This document shows positions 10,446 to 22,845 of a stretch of 64,000 nucleotides of DNA, in pieces. A model generated the notes under the pieces. It searched no databases. It was not told where the DNA came from and saw nothing but the letters and a program-made list of their open reading frames with translations. Each line of letters starts with the position of its first letter. Within the stretch, counting starts at the first letter, position 1. Origin of the DNA: Eutreptiella sp. 'Long Island Sound 2002' (Eukaryota > Protista > Euglenida); assembly GCA_964036045.1 (NCBI GenBank), contig OZ038378.1:62000001-62064000 (forward strand), in the 5' to 3' direction. The position numbers were made by a program, and so were the translations under genes.

Positions 10446-12344
10446 TTGACTTTAATCTTGGTCACTCCGCATTCCCCCCCCCTCCACACCAGCATGGTCC
10501 CTTGTATAGCTCTAGTTATGACTTTCTCTCGGGACACCCTTACCAAGCTTAGCATGACGCTCGTGCATTTGAGTGCGGCTAAGAGTTTGCGGGACCCTTC
10601 GGTCTCCCAACTCCTTGGTGAGTGGGTGGCTTCCTCTCCTTTGGCCGAGGCCCGTCGGGCCGAGGCCACGGAGGTTGGCTACCCCTCCCTCATGCGCGAC
10701 AAGCAAACGGAGGCGGTGAAGCAATATGCCTCCCTCCGCTTTGTGGCCCCGGACCTCATCGGCCTACTCAGGGACTTGAACGTCGTCAGACTTGGCTTCC
10801 GGCACATGTCGGAGTACATGAGCCGCTGGGGGTCGGCCTAGACGGCTGCAACGGGCCTCCCGTTCCCTAGGCCCATCCCCACTCGGGATACGATCACGGA
10901 CACGTGGAAGGAGTTGGTCACCCCCCTTGACCTACGGCCGCCCGTGTCCATCCCCGATCCCCGCGAGAGTGGGCGCTCTTGGCCGCTACTCTCATGAGCC
11001 CGGTGCGTTAAATCACGTCCATCGCTAGTGGACACCATCAATTGGACAAGGCCCCTCACCTTCATTGTGCGTGGGGATGTGTACCCGTGCGCCGGTGGTA
11101 GTTAGACCCAACGCTCCGTTGGGCTCCTCAACCACGGCGCACGGGCCCCACATCCGCGTACTTGTGGGTGATAGGGATGGCCGTCGGGGGGGACAAGGAC
11201 ATGGCGGCAAGAGCAACCATATGGGCCGGCAACTCGAAGGTTTGTCGCCCGTTCCTTGTTTGTTAATTGTTGCGTTAATTTCTCGAAATTAATATGTAGA
11301 TTTCGGTTAATATTAACGCCGACTGAAAAATTAACTTAATATCAGTCTCGAGAAATTTATGCAAATATTAATCCATGCCCTTTTTGTAGATAGTCCAGTT
11401 CATACAAGACTGCAAGAAGCTCTACTCGCTGTCGCACAGGGTGCAAAGCGGGTTGGTCATCGGGGGAGCGCCACCATTCGTGCGGCGCCTCATCGGTGTG
11501 TCCACCTCGCCCATGGTGGGCTCAATTTACAACATGCGGGTGTGGTACAAGGTTGCGGCGGCATGGGTAAACGTGGCGACCCGGCGCACGTTGGACTGTG
11601 AGGAGGCCGCCGCGTCCGCTACAAGGAGACGGTCGTAGCTTGGAGAATGGCGGATGCATAGGGGATCCACACATTGTGGTTGACCGGCGGGTGGTTTTCC
11701 TATGCATCCTCCATTGTTGCATGGCCACAGGCCGACTCCAAGTGGCGTTCATGGAGACACGCGTCATGGACCTCCCCAAGGAGAACGTCGACGCCGTGCA
11801 ACGGGTCCTCTACCGGGCCCGCACGGGTGTGAAGTTGAGTGCGTTGGCGGCACCCGACGGGGAGGAGGCCCGTGCGTTGTTCCTCGCGTGGGAGGAACTT
11901 GGTCCGTTGTCGAACTACGTCCCCGAGGAAGGTGAATGACAAGCCTTTCTGGCCATGTGTGACCTCCCCCGGGAGTGGTACACGGACCACCCGCCCCGCG
12001 GGGACCTACGTGCGGCCGAGGTGGCGCGCGCCTACAGTGCACATTGTTGCAAGGTGGCTTGCCAATCAAACTACCTCCTCTATTTGGAGAAGGATATCAC
12101 CGAAGCCGTTGCCAACGCGCGCCGCTTGGGAGTAGGGTTGGGTGCCGTGTGCACGGATGTGGTTGAGAGCCTCAACGCCATCATTAAGCGCGCATACAAT
12201 GACCACTCGGGCCAGGGGGAGGGGGGGATGCCGGGGGCAACACAACTAGAACGGGATGCGGAGGTAGTTTCGCAAGTGTGGGACTGCTAGTTTTTAAAAT
12301 TTGACCCCCCGTTGCGCAACTACGGGAGCCCCCATACCGCCCCA
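10446..12344 (+). pseudogene. RAG1/Transib-like DDE transposase pseudogene (element 1), two exons
   Basis: Collinear with the RAG1 core. ATGLPFPRP matches AITGRQIFQP. FIVRGD gives the first Asp (11076-78). GMAVGGDKDMAA matches LMLADESDHETL. GGAPPFVRRLIGVSTSPMVGSIY matches [35 protein letters not shown] matches KGVSAKP..SIDALHC. SNYLL..GLGAVCTDVVESLNAIIKR matches TNYFH..SIGAWASEGNESGNKLFRR (Glu at 12165-67). In-frame stops and 2 frameshifts. Confidence 0.75.
11240..11389 (+). other. Phase-0 GT-AG intron (150 nt) in the element 1 transposase
   Basis: Donor AAG|GTTTGT, acceptor CCCTTTTTGTAG|ATA. Splicing joins TIWAGNSK to IVQFIQDC in frame. Confidence 0.8.
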
Positions 12345-12464
12345 TTTCGAGATTAATATGAAGAGTCACGTCCATTAATATCTAAAATATTAATTGATTT
12401 TTCGGTCGATAATATTAAATTCAAGAAATGAACTCGGGGCCTCAAAAATTAAAAAACATTAATT

Positions 12465-12983
12465 TTGGTTTTTCGCCCGTGTGTCCCCACATATGGCCCA
12501 AGTGGACGACTGGCGGTTGCACCTCCAACACAAGCTCCAGCTGCTCCGCCATCCCTGCCACTAGCCGTGGGGTGTCGCCTGCCGCCCGCGCGTCCATCCG
12601 AGGAGTCAAGCGACGACTCTTACGCTAGGCGAAAAGAGGAGAAGAGGGAGAAGAAGAAGAAGAAGGAGAGTAGGGAGGGAGAGAGGAGCCAGGGGCTTGG
12701 GGGGGGAGGGGGGGTAAGAGCCAGCCGGGGGGGGGTTAAAGAAGAGGGGGAGGGGGAAGTGGTGGTGGACAAGGGGAACATGGACGGGGAGGAAGAGGAG
12801 GAAGTTGAGGTTGTTGACCCCCCCATGCGCCCCCACCCCTCCCCCAGTGGCTCCTCAAAGCCCTTGGCGCCCAGTCCGCTACCGCCCGGAGAGCGGGTGC
12901 AATCCCGTGATGTGCCAAGGTGCTGGAGCAGGGCTGTGCGGGGGATCAACCCGCTTTTTCCTCCCGCGCGCATAGCCACTTGA
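12465..12983 (+). other. Low-complexity Lys/Glu/Pro-rich reading frame downstream of the element 1 transposase
   Basis: 172-codon ORF with KEEKREKKKKKES and EEEEEVEV tracts. Coding status uncertain. Confidence 0.3.
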
Positions 12984-14708
12984 AACTCATGTGGATTTTT
13001 CGGAGGTTGATTCGGTGTTCGATTCGCCGGAAGCAAGGGGAACATAGAGGCACCTGGGGTAAGGATGCCTCCGAGGGGGGGTTTGGGTCTAGAATCCCCT
13101 CCCTAGTGCCCCCCTCGCCCCGATGCGTGACACCACTAGTGTGGGCAGTTTGGCGGCACTGAATTTGTTGTTTGACCCCCACGCCATCCGTTTTCAAACT
13201 GCGCACTACTAGGTGCTTTTGCAGCACTAGATCCAATTGGGCTGGGTCAAGCAGTGGCGGCTAGGCAAGGGCCGCCGTGTTCGGGGTCGACTGGGGCACT
13301 GTCGTGGCCCTACCGTGACGGATTTATGATCCGGGGTGTCGGCCATCGTACGAGGGCATCATCCCGAACTCCCGCAGAGCGAAAGCGTCCTCGGTGACCA
13401 CGAACGTGGCCCACCCGGCGGCACAATCGGCCCCAACGGCCGGCGTGGGAGCCTCCATTGAGGCCCCTACCGCAACGTCTCACTTCCAAAATGCTATGGG
13501 GGTAGTGCAGGCAGCAGGCACCAGTGCTAGGTTTGAGGTATGGTGCCTGTTTGTTTCGCTTCATTTTTAAGTCGCCAGCATTAATTTCTCGAGATTAATA
13601 TTTCATTTTTGAAAAACCGGTCGAAATACTAAAAGTTAAAGGTTAATATTGATGCCGAAAAATTAAAAAAGTCGCGTGACAATTAATTAACACTTCTATT
13701 GTTGTTTTTGTTATGTTTGCAGGTAGCCGACATCCTGGTCAACGTGACGCATGCCAGGCCCATCCGGGTGGCCGGGCGAGACGCTGAAAGCTCCCAAGAA
13801 GTACCCCTGGGGTCCCTCCACCGCATCGTGGCCCGAGACCCACCCTTGGGCCTTGTTCTCTTGCGAGGTCTCCGTCAGTGGGAGACCTCACGTGTGGTGA
13901 GCGGCGTTTGGGTGACGTCGCGCCACTTCCGGCCCTGCGAGTGGGCTCGGACGCAGGAGGTGGGGTTTGCGGGGGGGGGGGGGGATGAGGGGTTGTGGGG
14001 GAGCATGGGAGGGGCCGGGGTGAGCGACGGGGAGGAGGGGGGGGAGGGGGGGGTCCACCACGACCGCGCCAAAACCCCCCCAAGACTAGCCGCAACCGGA
14101 CCCCCCCCCCCGCTCCCCCTCAAAGAAACGAAGGTTCTCGTTCGAGTTCGGGTCGGAGAGCATCGACGCGGCCATCCCCCGTGGCAAAAAGCCCAAACAC
14201 CCCACCCCCACCCCCACCACACGGCCTACAGAGGCCGTCGCCGCCCCCAAACCCACCCAGCCCCCCAAGACCACCACCGCCCCCCCCCCCCCCCCCGACC
14301 AGGATGGACACCCGCAAGGTTGGGACTGCAACGGCCGGGAAGAAGGACGACCGTTGCGACAATCCAATCGTCGGGACCTTCGCCCACGTCCCCTACCCCA
14401 CCAGGGTACAGAAGGCCAGCGTCCGCGGGGTCCATGGGCAGAAAAGTGGTGCCGTTTGGGTGGAATACCCGGGCGGCACCACACTTTACGATGTGGCCCG
14501 GCACCTCCTCTTTCCCATCCCCGAGGAGGCCGAGCGCTACCGGAAAGAGTCCCGGTCGGGCAAGAAAAAGCTGAAATCCCCCGCCCTCACAAGCGAAGAG
14601 ACTAACCTCCCGAACCCGAACCCTACCACCCAACCCACTAACCCTTCTAACCCCCCATCCGGACCCACGAAGACGTGGAACCCCATTACGGGGTCCCATG
14701 AGGTGTGA
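12984..14708 (+). pseudogene. Second, same-strand degenerate gene of element 1 (unknown protein)
   Basis: The intron at 13538-13722 joins ARFE to VADILVN in frame. The C-terminal part reads VQKASVRGVHGQKSGAVWVEYPGGTTLYDVARHLLFP. Frameshifts lie in the G/C runs. Confidence 0.45.
13538..13722 (+). other. Phase-0 GT-AG intron (185 nt) containing an AT/TTAA island
   Basis: Donor GAG|GTATGG, acceptor TTATGTTTGCAG|GTA. Frame preserved. Confidence 0.75.
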
Positions 14709-15122
14709 GGGCCCGCATAGGGACGCAATGGGCCACGATGGCCATGCACAACATGCATGAACACACACATAATGCATTGGACGTTGTGTTGTGCCATTTT
14801 TCGGAGGGTTAATGTTTGGGGAAAAGAGGTAATATTTGTGAGCTTAATATTACTGCTGGCGACTCATTAACTTTTAACTTTTCAAATATTAATCCAAAAA
14901 TTAAAAACAAAAATTAAAGCCGCGAGCCATTTTAACATTTTGAAACAACCACATGGGTAGGACCCCCCCACCAACCCCCGGGGAAAATTGACACCCAAGC
15001 CCGTAAGGCAACCCATGGGGGTCATAATTTTCACGGCAAACCCCCGAACCCCCTTCAAAAAAAGGCAAACTTGAGATTAACGTGTTACTTTTTGCCCATA
15101 TATCAACTATATTGCGCTTAAT

Positions 15123-15570
15123 CTAGGTCACTAGGATGGCCTTGGACTGTGACGCCTTACTCTCTGCAGTACGAGCAGCAACCGGCTCTGTCGTGTCGTG
15201 CCGAGGGTTCTCATGCGGGGCGGGCAGAGGAAAAGGGTTCTCCATCAAACGTGACAACTGCGATGATGTGCCGGTCCTCTTGGCGGTTGCCTTCAGTGTT
15301 CTGCGTGCCCTGGCAGCTTGCGTGGCCTCCTGCTTGCCCTCCTGCTTGATCACCTGCTTCTCTATTTTCTTTGCTTGTTTTGGTGTCTCCTCGATGCGCT
15401 TGTCCAGCGCCTTCACCGCAGTCGGGGTCCGCGGAGTCCCATTGGCAAACAACGACTACGCACCTTCAAGGTCTAGAGGCAGTGCATTCCGTGTGGTGCT
15501 TACCTTCTCGGACAGTACCTTCTGCATGCTTTTGGGGACGCCCGTGCAATCCTGGAAGGGGACGGTCCAT
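15123..15570 (-). pseudogene. Degenerate ORF, Lys/Gln/Ala-rich, unknown
   Basis: YVRWTVPFQDCTGVPKSMQKVLSE...LEGA*SLFANGTPRTPTAVKALDKRIEETPKQAKK is one frame with one stop. Confidence 0.3.
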
Positions 15571-18500
15571 CGCACATAGTACACTAGAAGGGTTAACACT
15601 GTATTCAAAATTTGTCTGTATTTCAAAGTTTGTTGTGCAGAGAGGCAAGACAGAGGAAGCACCAACAACATTGGGTGTGCTGGATTTGCTAGCACATTCA
15701 TCGATGGGACTAGAAAGTCATGCCAGCAGCAGAACATTGAGGTGAGGCATGGGTGATTCACAACCATGTAGGGGTGATACAGGATGAATGTCTTCGGTGG
15801 AAGGAACACACTATACCTCAATGTCGTCCTTGGAGAGGTCCGCGGCAAGGTCAGGCAACGGGCAGGGGCAATCTCTCGGGGGGGTTTGGGGGGGGGCTGC
15901 TTCTGCAGGCGACCCTTTATCCTGCGCACCCCCGCGAGTACTACCATCGTCAGAAACTATGTCACTACAAATATTCGCACGGAGAGATGTGCAAAGAAAT
16001 CCATAAAAAAGGCCAAAATGGCTAAAGTTACACGCAAATTTGGCTCTGCACAAGCAATGTTTTGGCACATTGCTTCATGCAGTCATTTGGCCTCTCCCAT
16101 ACGTGGCTAGACCCTACAGCTTCAAGCTTACCTGCATCACCTGTATCCACACAAAGCAAGCCTCGTTGCTCCTTCCAAGAATAGAAATGTCAAAGTGCTT
16201 GTTGCTTGTGCCGCAAACGAGGCCTGCGGCGCTTTCCTCAAACACTGTTCACAAGACTGATAACCTAGGGTGGATCCTACACCTCAAGGTTGGAAATACC
16301 TTTGCTGCTTGCTAGTTCGTAGCACATTTTACTACTCAGAGTAGACAATCAGGCAGTCACTTTTTGCGGGACATATAACAACTCCAATGCGAAGTGGTGT
16401 TGTACGGGACGTCGCACAACGCAACAAACATTCGCGTATGTCGCAATTGCCCAAAGTACCTTCTATTGTTGGCAATAAAACACTTTGCAAACTCCATGCG
16501 CATAGCACACAAAAGCAGAGCAAACCGGCAACATCTATGCATGCCCCGTATTTACAAGGGGTGCACTCAGCACGGTTGTGGTCTTCTACTGCTGCCAGTA
16601 CAACAGTGGGGCTAATCGATAAAGTCACACTGTGAACACCGTCCGAACTGTCACTGTCCACAACGGCCCGCGTCAAGCTCGATACATTGGATGATGATGC
16701 ATTAGTGCTGGTGGCATCATCACCATCCAAAATAGGACCCACAGGGTTGCGTGGTGCAGGTTATGCCGCAACACGCCCGGGTACAACTTGGGGGGGGACG
16801 GGGGCCGCCCCCATGTAAGTGCGTCCCTGGGGGGGGGGGGGGGGCAGATCCCACACAGCATCCCCGTCAACGCGGAAGAAGTGTGGGTGTGTATACCCAA
16901 AATGGGCACAGATTTAAATGAACCGCTGCTTGAACTCACTTGATGAAGGGTACACAAGCAGCTCAACCACGTCAGGAGGTAGAGGCGCCCTTGCCGCATC
17001 AAACCTAGGCTGACTTTCGTCCCTTGTCTCACAAAAAGAAAACACGTTGAGCGAACCGTATGCACCAGACATGAGGGTTGCATCCCCAACCTTCCTGTAT
17101 GTTGAAACAACGTGGGGAACCAGGGTCCTCCGGCCACTCAATAGCAGCGTGCAAGGCATTGGCAGCCCGGGCATCCGGCCGTGGCCGAGCAGCCATCTTT
17201 TCTATAAACGCCACGGTACCGGCATGAATGCATGCTAGCAACCGTGCAAGGTGCATGCTCACAGCTTGTATTGACTTATGGGTAATGTGGGGATTATTAG
17301 GGGCTTCCGAGTACATAGCAGCTGGTGGCGTAAGGTAACTAGAACTCTGTGGTACTCATCAGTGTTGGTGCTGCTAGTGTCCTCGCCCACAGCGAGTACC
17401 CAACGAGACAATAGGACCTCCCTCTTCTCCTCCATGAAGGTAGATGCAGGAGGGGAAAAGTGGTATGGGGACCACATTCGTAGTGCTGAATGCAAAGCAA
17501 AGATCGCTTGTAACCACCATCGTTGTGCTCTAGGTTCCACTTCTCAATCAAGTAAAGAGAAACCTGGAGGCACTGCCTGGCTGCTTCACCAGTACCTGGG
17601 GTACGATGGTACCACGAACAATCACGCACCATAGTACCAAGACGAAGTGAAGTTGGGGCATATGGGAAAACAAGACGCTATAGCCCTGCTAACGACTTAG
17701 CGTTACGTGTTCTATTGGCAGCAGCAGAACGCAGTGAGCACGTATACCTAGTAAGGAGAGGTAAACAAACAAAGGAATACGCTCCTTACCAATAAGGGAA
17801 GGATGTGCACACAGTTGTTTTGCCGCTTAGTTTTTCAAGGAACCCTTCGTATTCAGGTGTCACCATGAATGCAAGGACGGCACAGTACCTATGATCAACA
17901 CAATACTTATATGGATGCAACATACCCAACAAGGGACAAACAGAGCCATACACATGGCGCGGTGGGAGTGGGTTCACCTAGTAGTTGTACGACATTTTCA
18001 AGTAGCTGTAGTATGTGGTGATGTCGCATGACATTGGTACCATTGGTGTCGCACAATTGTTAGCCAGCTGAAATACACTGTACATGGCTTGGTGAAACCC
18101 GGAAGTTGTGGACATAGGCACATCGCGGATAGCTAAGGGGTACCATACAGTAACCTCGACCTCCTTGCGGCGAAGGTCCAACGGGCACCGTACCTGCTCA
18201 AAACCCATGTGTTGACGCACAAGGTGCTTTGTCGAGGCCCAAATGGTGACCCTTGCATCCTGTAGGTCCATAACATGCTAAGCCACATTACTATAGGGAG
18301 TCAAGCGTGGGGTGCCCCGCAAAATGTTACATCAAACTACCCGCAAGTATAAGTTTTAGGAGGCCCATAGTGCCCCGTATCGCCCTTTCAAAAAAAATGG
18401 ATGTTGTGCACAGAGCCCTGCTTCTCTATTGCACCGTCAAGCGTAATGGAGCTGTGGTTCCCAGCTAGGGTGTACGGGGAGGAGCAGTGACGCGCGATTT

Positions 18501-20172
18501 AGGGGTGCGAAGCAGCAAAAGAGCAACATTCTGTGCCCCCACTGTTTTTTCCCATTTTGGCGGCATGAAATACGGAAAATGGACCAACACCGCCGTAAAA
18601 TTATGTTTCGCGGTCTGGTATGACAAATGGAGCACGTATTTGTCAACGGCGCGTGGCGTGGTCGTCTCAGCGATTGTCGCACTGTGACCGCCAATGATGA
18701 CCATACTGCGACAGCCTATGAAGAAGGTGTACCCTAGGACAACAAATGAGAACACATGTGTGAAAAAAGGGTGCAAGCAAGCATTTTCGACATGCTCGGC
18801 TCTGCGCAGCCCAAAACCAAGAAATTCACTCAAAACTGGGGTAATATTATGGAGTTGTATACCAACACAACAACGCACCGGCAAACACATAGTGGAAGGG
18901 CCTAAAATAGGGAATTCCTACTGGTTGGGCTCTGCAAAGCGAATATCTATAGAAACAACATAAAGCACCTATGGATTGCGATAATGATAACCACGCCGGT
19001 CCACCTGTGTGGTAATGGATACCATAAGCAGCGTAGTGTATACCCCCCCGAGAGTGCAGTCCCTACATATGCCAAAGACCACCAAAGCACTAGCCATAGA
19101 CAAGGCATGGAAGCACCATACATACTACTCGACAAGTATGAAGCGCAAACACACAAAAAATAGAGGAACGCAGTTTTAAACACCTTTACATGCGCGGTAG
19201 GAGGTCCGTCAGAACTGTGGAATTGTTGTTGTACTGACGACGGACTGATGTGTCCCCGGATGTGGTTCATAAGCACCTACTAACACCTTGACGAACAATG
19301 CCTCATCCCCCTTCTAAATCTTGAGCAAACTAGGAAGTATGATGAACCTTTGGTTGACACCAAAGAAAACCAGTCACAAATGGCACCAAAAAACATACCG
19401 TCGCACAGTGAGCAGTGGTAAAGCAGTGCCCAACATACGCACTATCAACCGCTTGAGAAAAAAAAATACTGGGCACACAGATCAATGAAATTGGGTCATA
19501 CATGACAGCGCAAAATATACTATGGCCCAGCGAATGGTGGCAACGCTATGCCCGGCATACACACTAGAGGCTGGACTTTGGGCATACCTGGTAAATTTAA
19601 AGTGCAGACACATTGGCCTCAGCTCTGCAGGGCCCACGAACACGTAACAAACCATGTCATGACTCAATTGAGGGTATGTATTGAATCTGGGGTGTGTACT
19701 GCATGGGATGTTGAAAAAATAGCACATAAGCAGAGCACCTGGGATTCACAAACACAAACCTGGCACTGTATGTTCAACAAAATCATGATCAAACTCGCTA
19801 TTTCATACATTGTGTCAACAAGGGACGTACTAAAACAAATGCTATAGCAGAATGGTGCGTTCTTACAACCAAACCCACAGGGCAACACTGTAACCATTTG
19901 GACTAGATGCAAATTTGACTAAGATAGTACGATGGGTCTGCAGAGCCCAACAGTACAAAATTGGTCATATTCGGGGGCAAATCAATCCAATCTGGAAGGC
20001 TGGGCTCTACAAAGCCCAACTCAGTGCAAACTGAAAAAAAGCCCTTAAAATTGATTGACAAACACGTACAGAGACAAACAGGGCACACCATTCACTGTCC
20101 CATGGATGGGACAGCTGTTTGGGACTGCACAGGACAGGCCACTCACATTGGGCCTTCACAAATCCAGCACAG

Positions 20173-20790
20173 TCACACAGCTTGTGTCCGTGGTCGTACG
20201 TCCGTTATGGTCCAGGGATAGCCATGACCCAACGGTACATAGGGCCTCCACTCACTTGCCGTTGCTCTTGCCGTTGCTCTTGGATAAGCCCACCCCGAAG
20301 CCACGGTGCAGGGTAGCCTGGAGGCCCTCAACTGCCCTTTGTTTTTCTGATGGGGATTCCTGAGCGGCTGCCGTTGCCAATTTATCTCTTCTTCTTTCCT
20401 TTTGCGATTTACTCGGTTGTCCTCCATGGTCTTTTTCTCCTTCTCCTTCTCCTTTGTTTTACGTTGCCGCTCCCGCGCCTTCTCATGCTTTCGCAACTCG
20501 CGCTCGGCCTTCTCCTGCTCCTTCTACCGTTGGTCATCTGCTTTCCCCTTCAATTTGGGGGTTTGCGGATCCGTCACCTCCTCGCTTTCCTCCTTATTAC
20601 TGTCCGCGTCACCTCGCTGGTCGGGGGACTCGTGCGGTTGGAACAGTGGCTCGCACGTGCTTGCACAGTGCATGACACTCCGCCACCCAATCTCCTCGTC
20701 CGTGTCCCCTTTTCGGACGGTTTTCTGCAGCAAATTCACCCACATCAGCTACATTGTAGGGACCACCAGATAATACACCCCATGCGCAGT
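20173..20790 (-). pseudogene. Degenerate acidic/Lys-Glu coiled-coil-like ORF with a possible Cys/His finger remnant
   Basis: ORFs 20745-20524 and 20496-20173 are linked across a stop (DDQR*KEQEKAERELRKHEK). GWRSVMHCASTC and DWVAECHALC occur in adjacent frames. Confidence 0.3.
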
Positions 20791-21694
20791 TCAACGGGAC
20801 AGGCAAGTGGATACACCCCAGACTAATCAGGTCGGGGCGGCGGCCGTAGTACAGTGCCCACAGGCAGCGCGATGCATCCATATCCATGTGTGTCTCGTCT
20901 GTGTCGTCGTTGGGTCCTCTAGCAAATTCACCAACCACCACAAGATAGCCCAAACCTAGCCACAAACCTTCAGTGGACGACTTTTGCGCGAGGAAGTGCG
21001 CCACAGTAGGCCCACACCATGGGTCTTCGCAAGCAACAATAACAGTGTTGACTGCTCAAAGAAACACGGTTCTTCTTTGCGTCCCAAATGCTAGACAGCC
21101 ATGCGCACAACTGTTGGGTATAAATCTTTCAATGGCGAACATAAAAATTGTTCCACGGCGACCAAATCCCCATGCTGTCCATGAAAGGCGCCAAGTACCC
21201 TTGGAGACAACACACGCACGATCTGCGCAACAGGGCTCCACCCTCCTCGCAGCGTGACTTAGACAATGATGAGACTGTACTTCAGCATTTTGATCTCATT
21301 GGGCACTGCGGTCACTGATCCATTGTACGCCCAAATGTGTCCAAATTGTGGGCGCTTGTTGACATTGACCTTTCCCACCTCCCCGAAACACCTCAACAGC
21401 CGGGTTCAACACTCATCTCACGAGCAGTCGACAATGTGCTTCGACATCTTCTCGATCCCTAACCCACATACTTGCCTTCAAGAGAGCCTCAAGCGGTAGC
21501 CACGGGGTCGACTCACTACACTCCGAGCTCCCTTGCCATGCACCAAAATTCTTCAAACGGTGACTAAACTTCTTTGAGATGCGAGCCACTTCACCCTTAG
21601 TGGCTGTGTCCACACAAACCATAGAGGAGAGCACGTTGCAACAGGATCCAATGATCCAGCAGTCATAGTGATCTGGCACAACATAAAATTGCAT

Positions 21695-22845
21695 CCCATA
21701 GGATCCTGGGTTCTGCAAAGCCCAGTACTCTAAAATTGGTAATATGAGAGCTGAAATCTGCAGACCGAGGCATCAACAAAACGGAGAATTACGGGGTATC
21801 AAGGGGGAGGGGGGGTTCCGTGGACATCATCAGGCCAGGCTGCACCCGTCAACATCCGTGAAGTTGCAGAAGTTGGAACGGGCACAATGTATCCCGAGCT
21901 CTAGTGAAGTTGCATCCGATGGGATCCTTGGCTCTGCAAAGCCAAGTACTCTCAAATTGGTAATATGAGGCAGGGCCGTCCTTAAGGGGGGAAAAAAAAG
22001 TGTTCCGGAACGAGTTTTCCCACAAAAGCCCGTGGGCATTCCATGTGCTCAACCATGGTTGGGGGCAGTCGGTGGTTGGCGGTTGGCAGCAGTTGGCGAT
22101 AGGCAGTTGGCAACTGCGTGTTGGTGGTGGTTGGCGGCGGTTCGTGGTTGCTGATTGCTGGTTCGTGGCGGTTGGCAATGGTTGGCAGTTGGCGGTTGGT
22201 CGCCGCTGGCGGCTGGTGGCAGTTGGTGAATGGCGGTTGGTGGCGGTTGGTGGTTGGTAGTTGGTGGCGTTCGATGATTGATGGGAATTGGCGGTTGGTG
22301 GTGCCTTGGAACGGTCCTTAACAGCTGTACTTAGCAAAAAAAAAAACCTGGTCCCTTAAGGACCGCCCTGATATGAGGGCTGAAATCGATCAATGTGCTT
22401 TATCCAGGCTATGCGGAGCCCAATATGAACAAAATGGAGAATTAGGGGGTGCTTGGGGGGGTGGGGGGCTTGGACAGCATCTCGCAAGGTTCCACTTGTG
22501 AACATCAATGAAATTGCCGATGTTTCAACACGTAGAGCATCTCTGTAGATCAAGTGACTTTGCATCCTATGGGATCTTGCGCTCTGCAGAGCCTAGTACT
22601 CTCAAATTGGTAATATGAGGCTCAAATCGGTCAATGTACTCGATCTGGGCTGTGTAGAGCCCAGCATGACCAAAATGGAGAATTAGGGGGTGTTTGGGGG
22701 GGAGGGGGTCCTTGGACATCATCGGGCACGATTGCACTGGTCTGCAGTAGTGAAATTGCGGAAGTTCCAGCAGGCACAGTGTCTCCAAGATCCAGTGAAT
22801 GTGCATGCCATGGGATCCTCGGCTCTATAGAGCCCAGCAAAATGA
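21695..22845 (+). repeat. Degenerate ~220-240-bp tandem repeat (4 units) interrupted by a MITE
   Basis: GGGATCYT.GCTCTGCARAGCC.AGTACTCT.AAATTGGTAATATGAG recurs at ~21700, 21920, 22570 and 22810. Confidence 0.8.
21971..22370. mobile_element. hAT-type MITE, 400 bp
   Basis: 17-bp TIRs CAGGGCCGTCCTTAAGG / CCTTAAGGACCGCCCTG (16 of 17 match). 8-bp TSD ATATGAGG at 21963-21970 and 22371-22378. Interior contains a GGCGGTTGGT-type simple repeat. Confidence 0.92.

Noticed and set aside
2939-12290. Alternative genetic code or stop readthrough explaining the in-frame stops
   Set aside because: Both TAG and TGA interrupt frames and frameshifts co-occur, so pseudogene decay is simpler.
12946-13236. Minus-strand ORF as a LINE C-terminal fragment
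   Set aside because: No RT or CCHC motif. It is antisense to the plus-strand element 1 reading frames.
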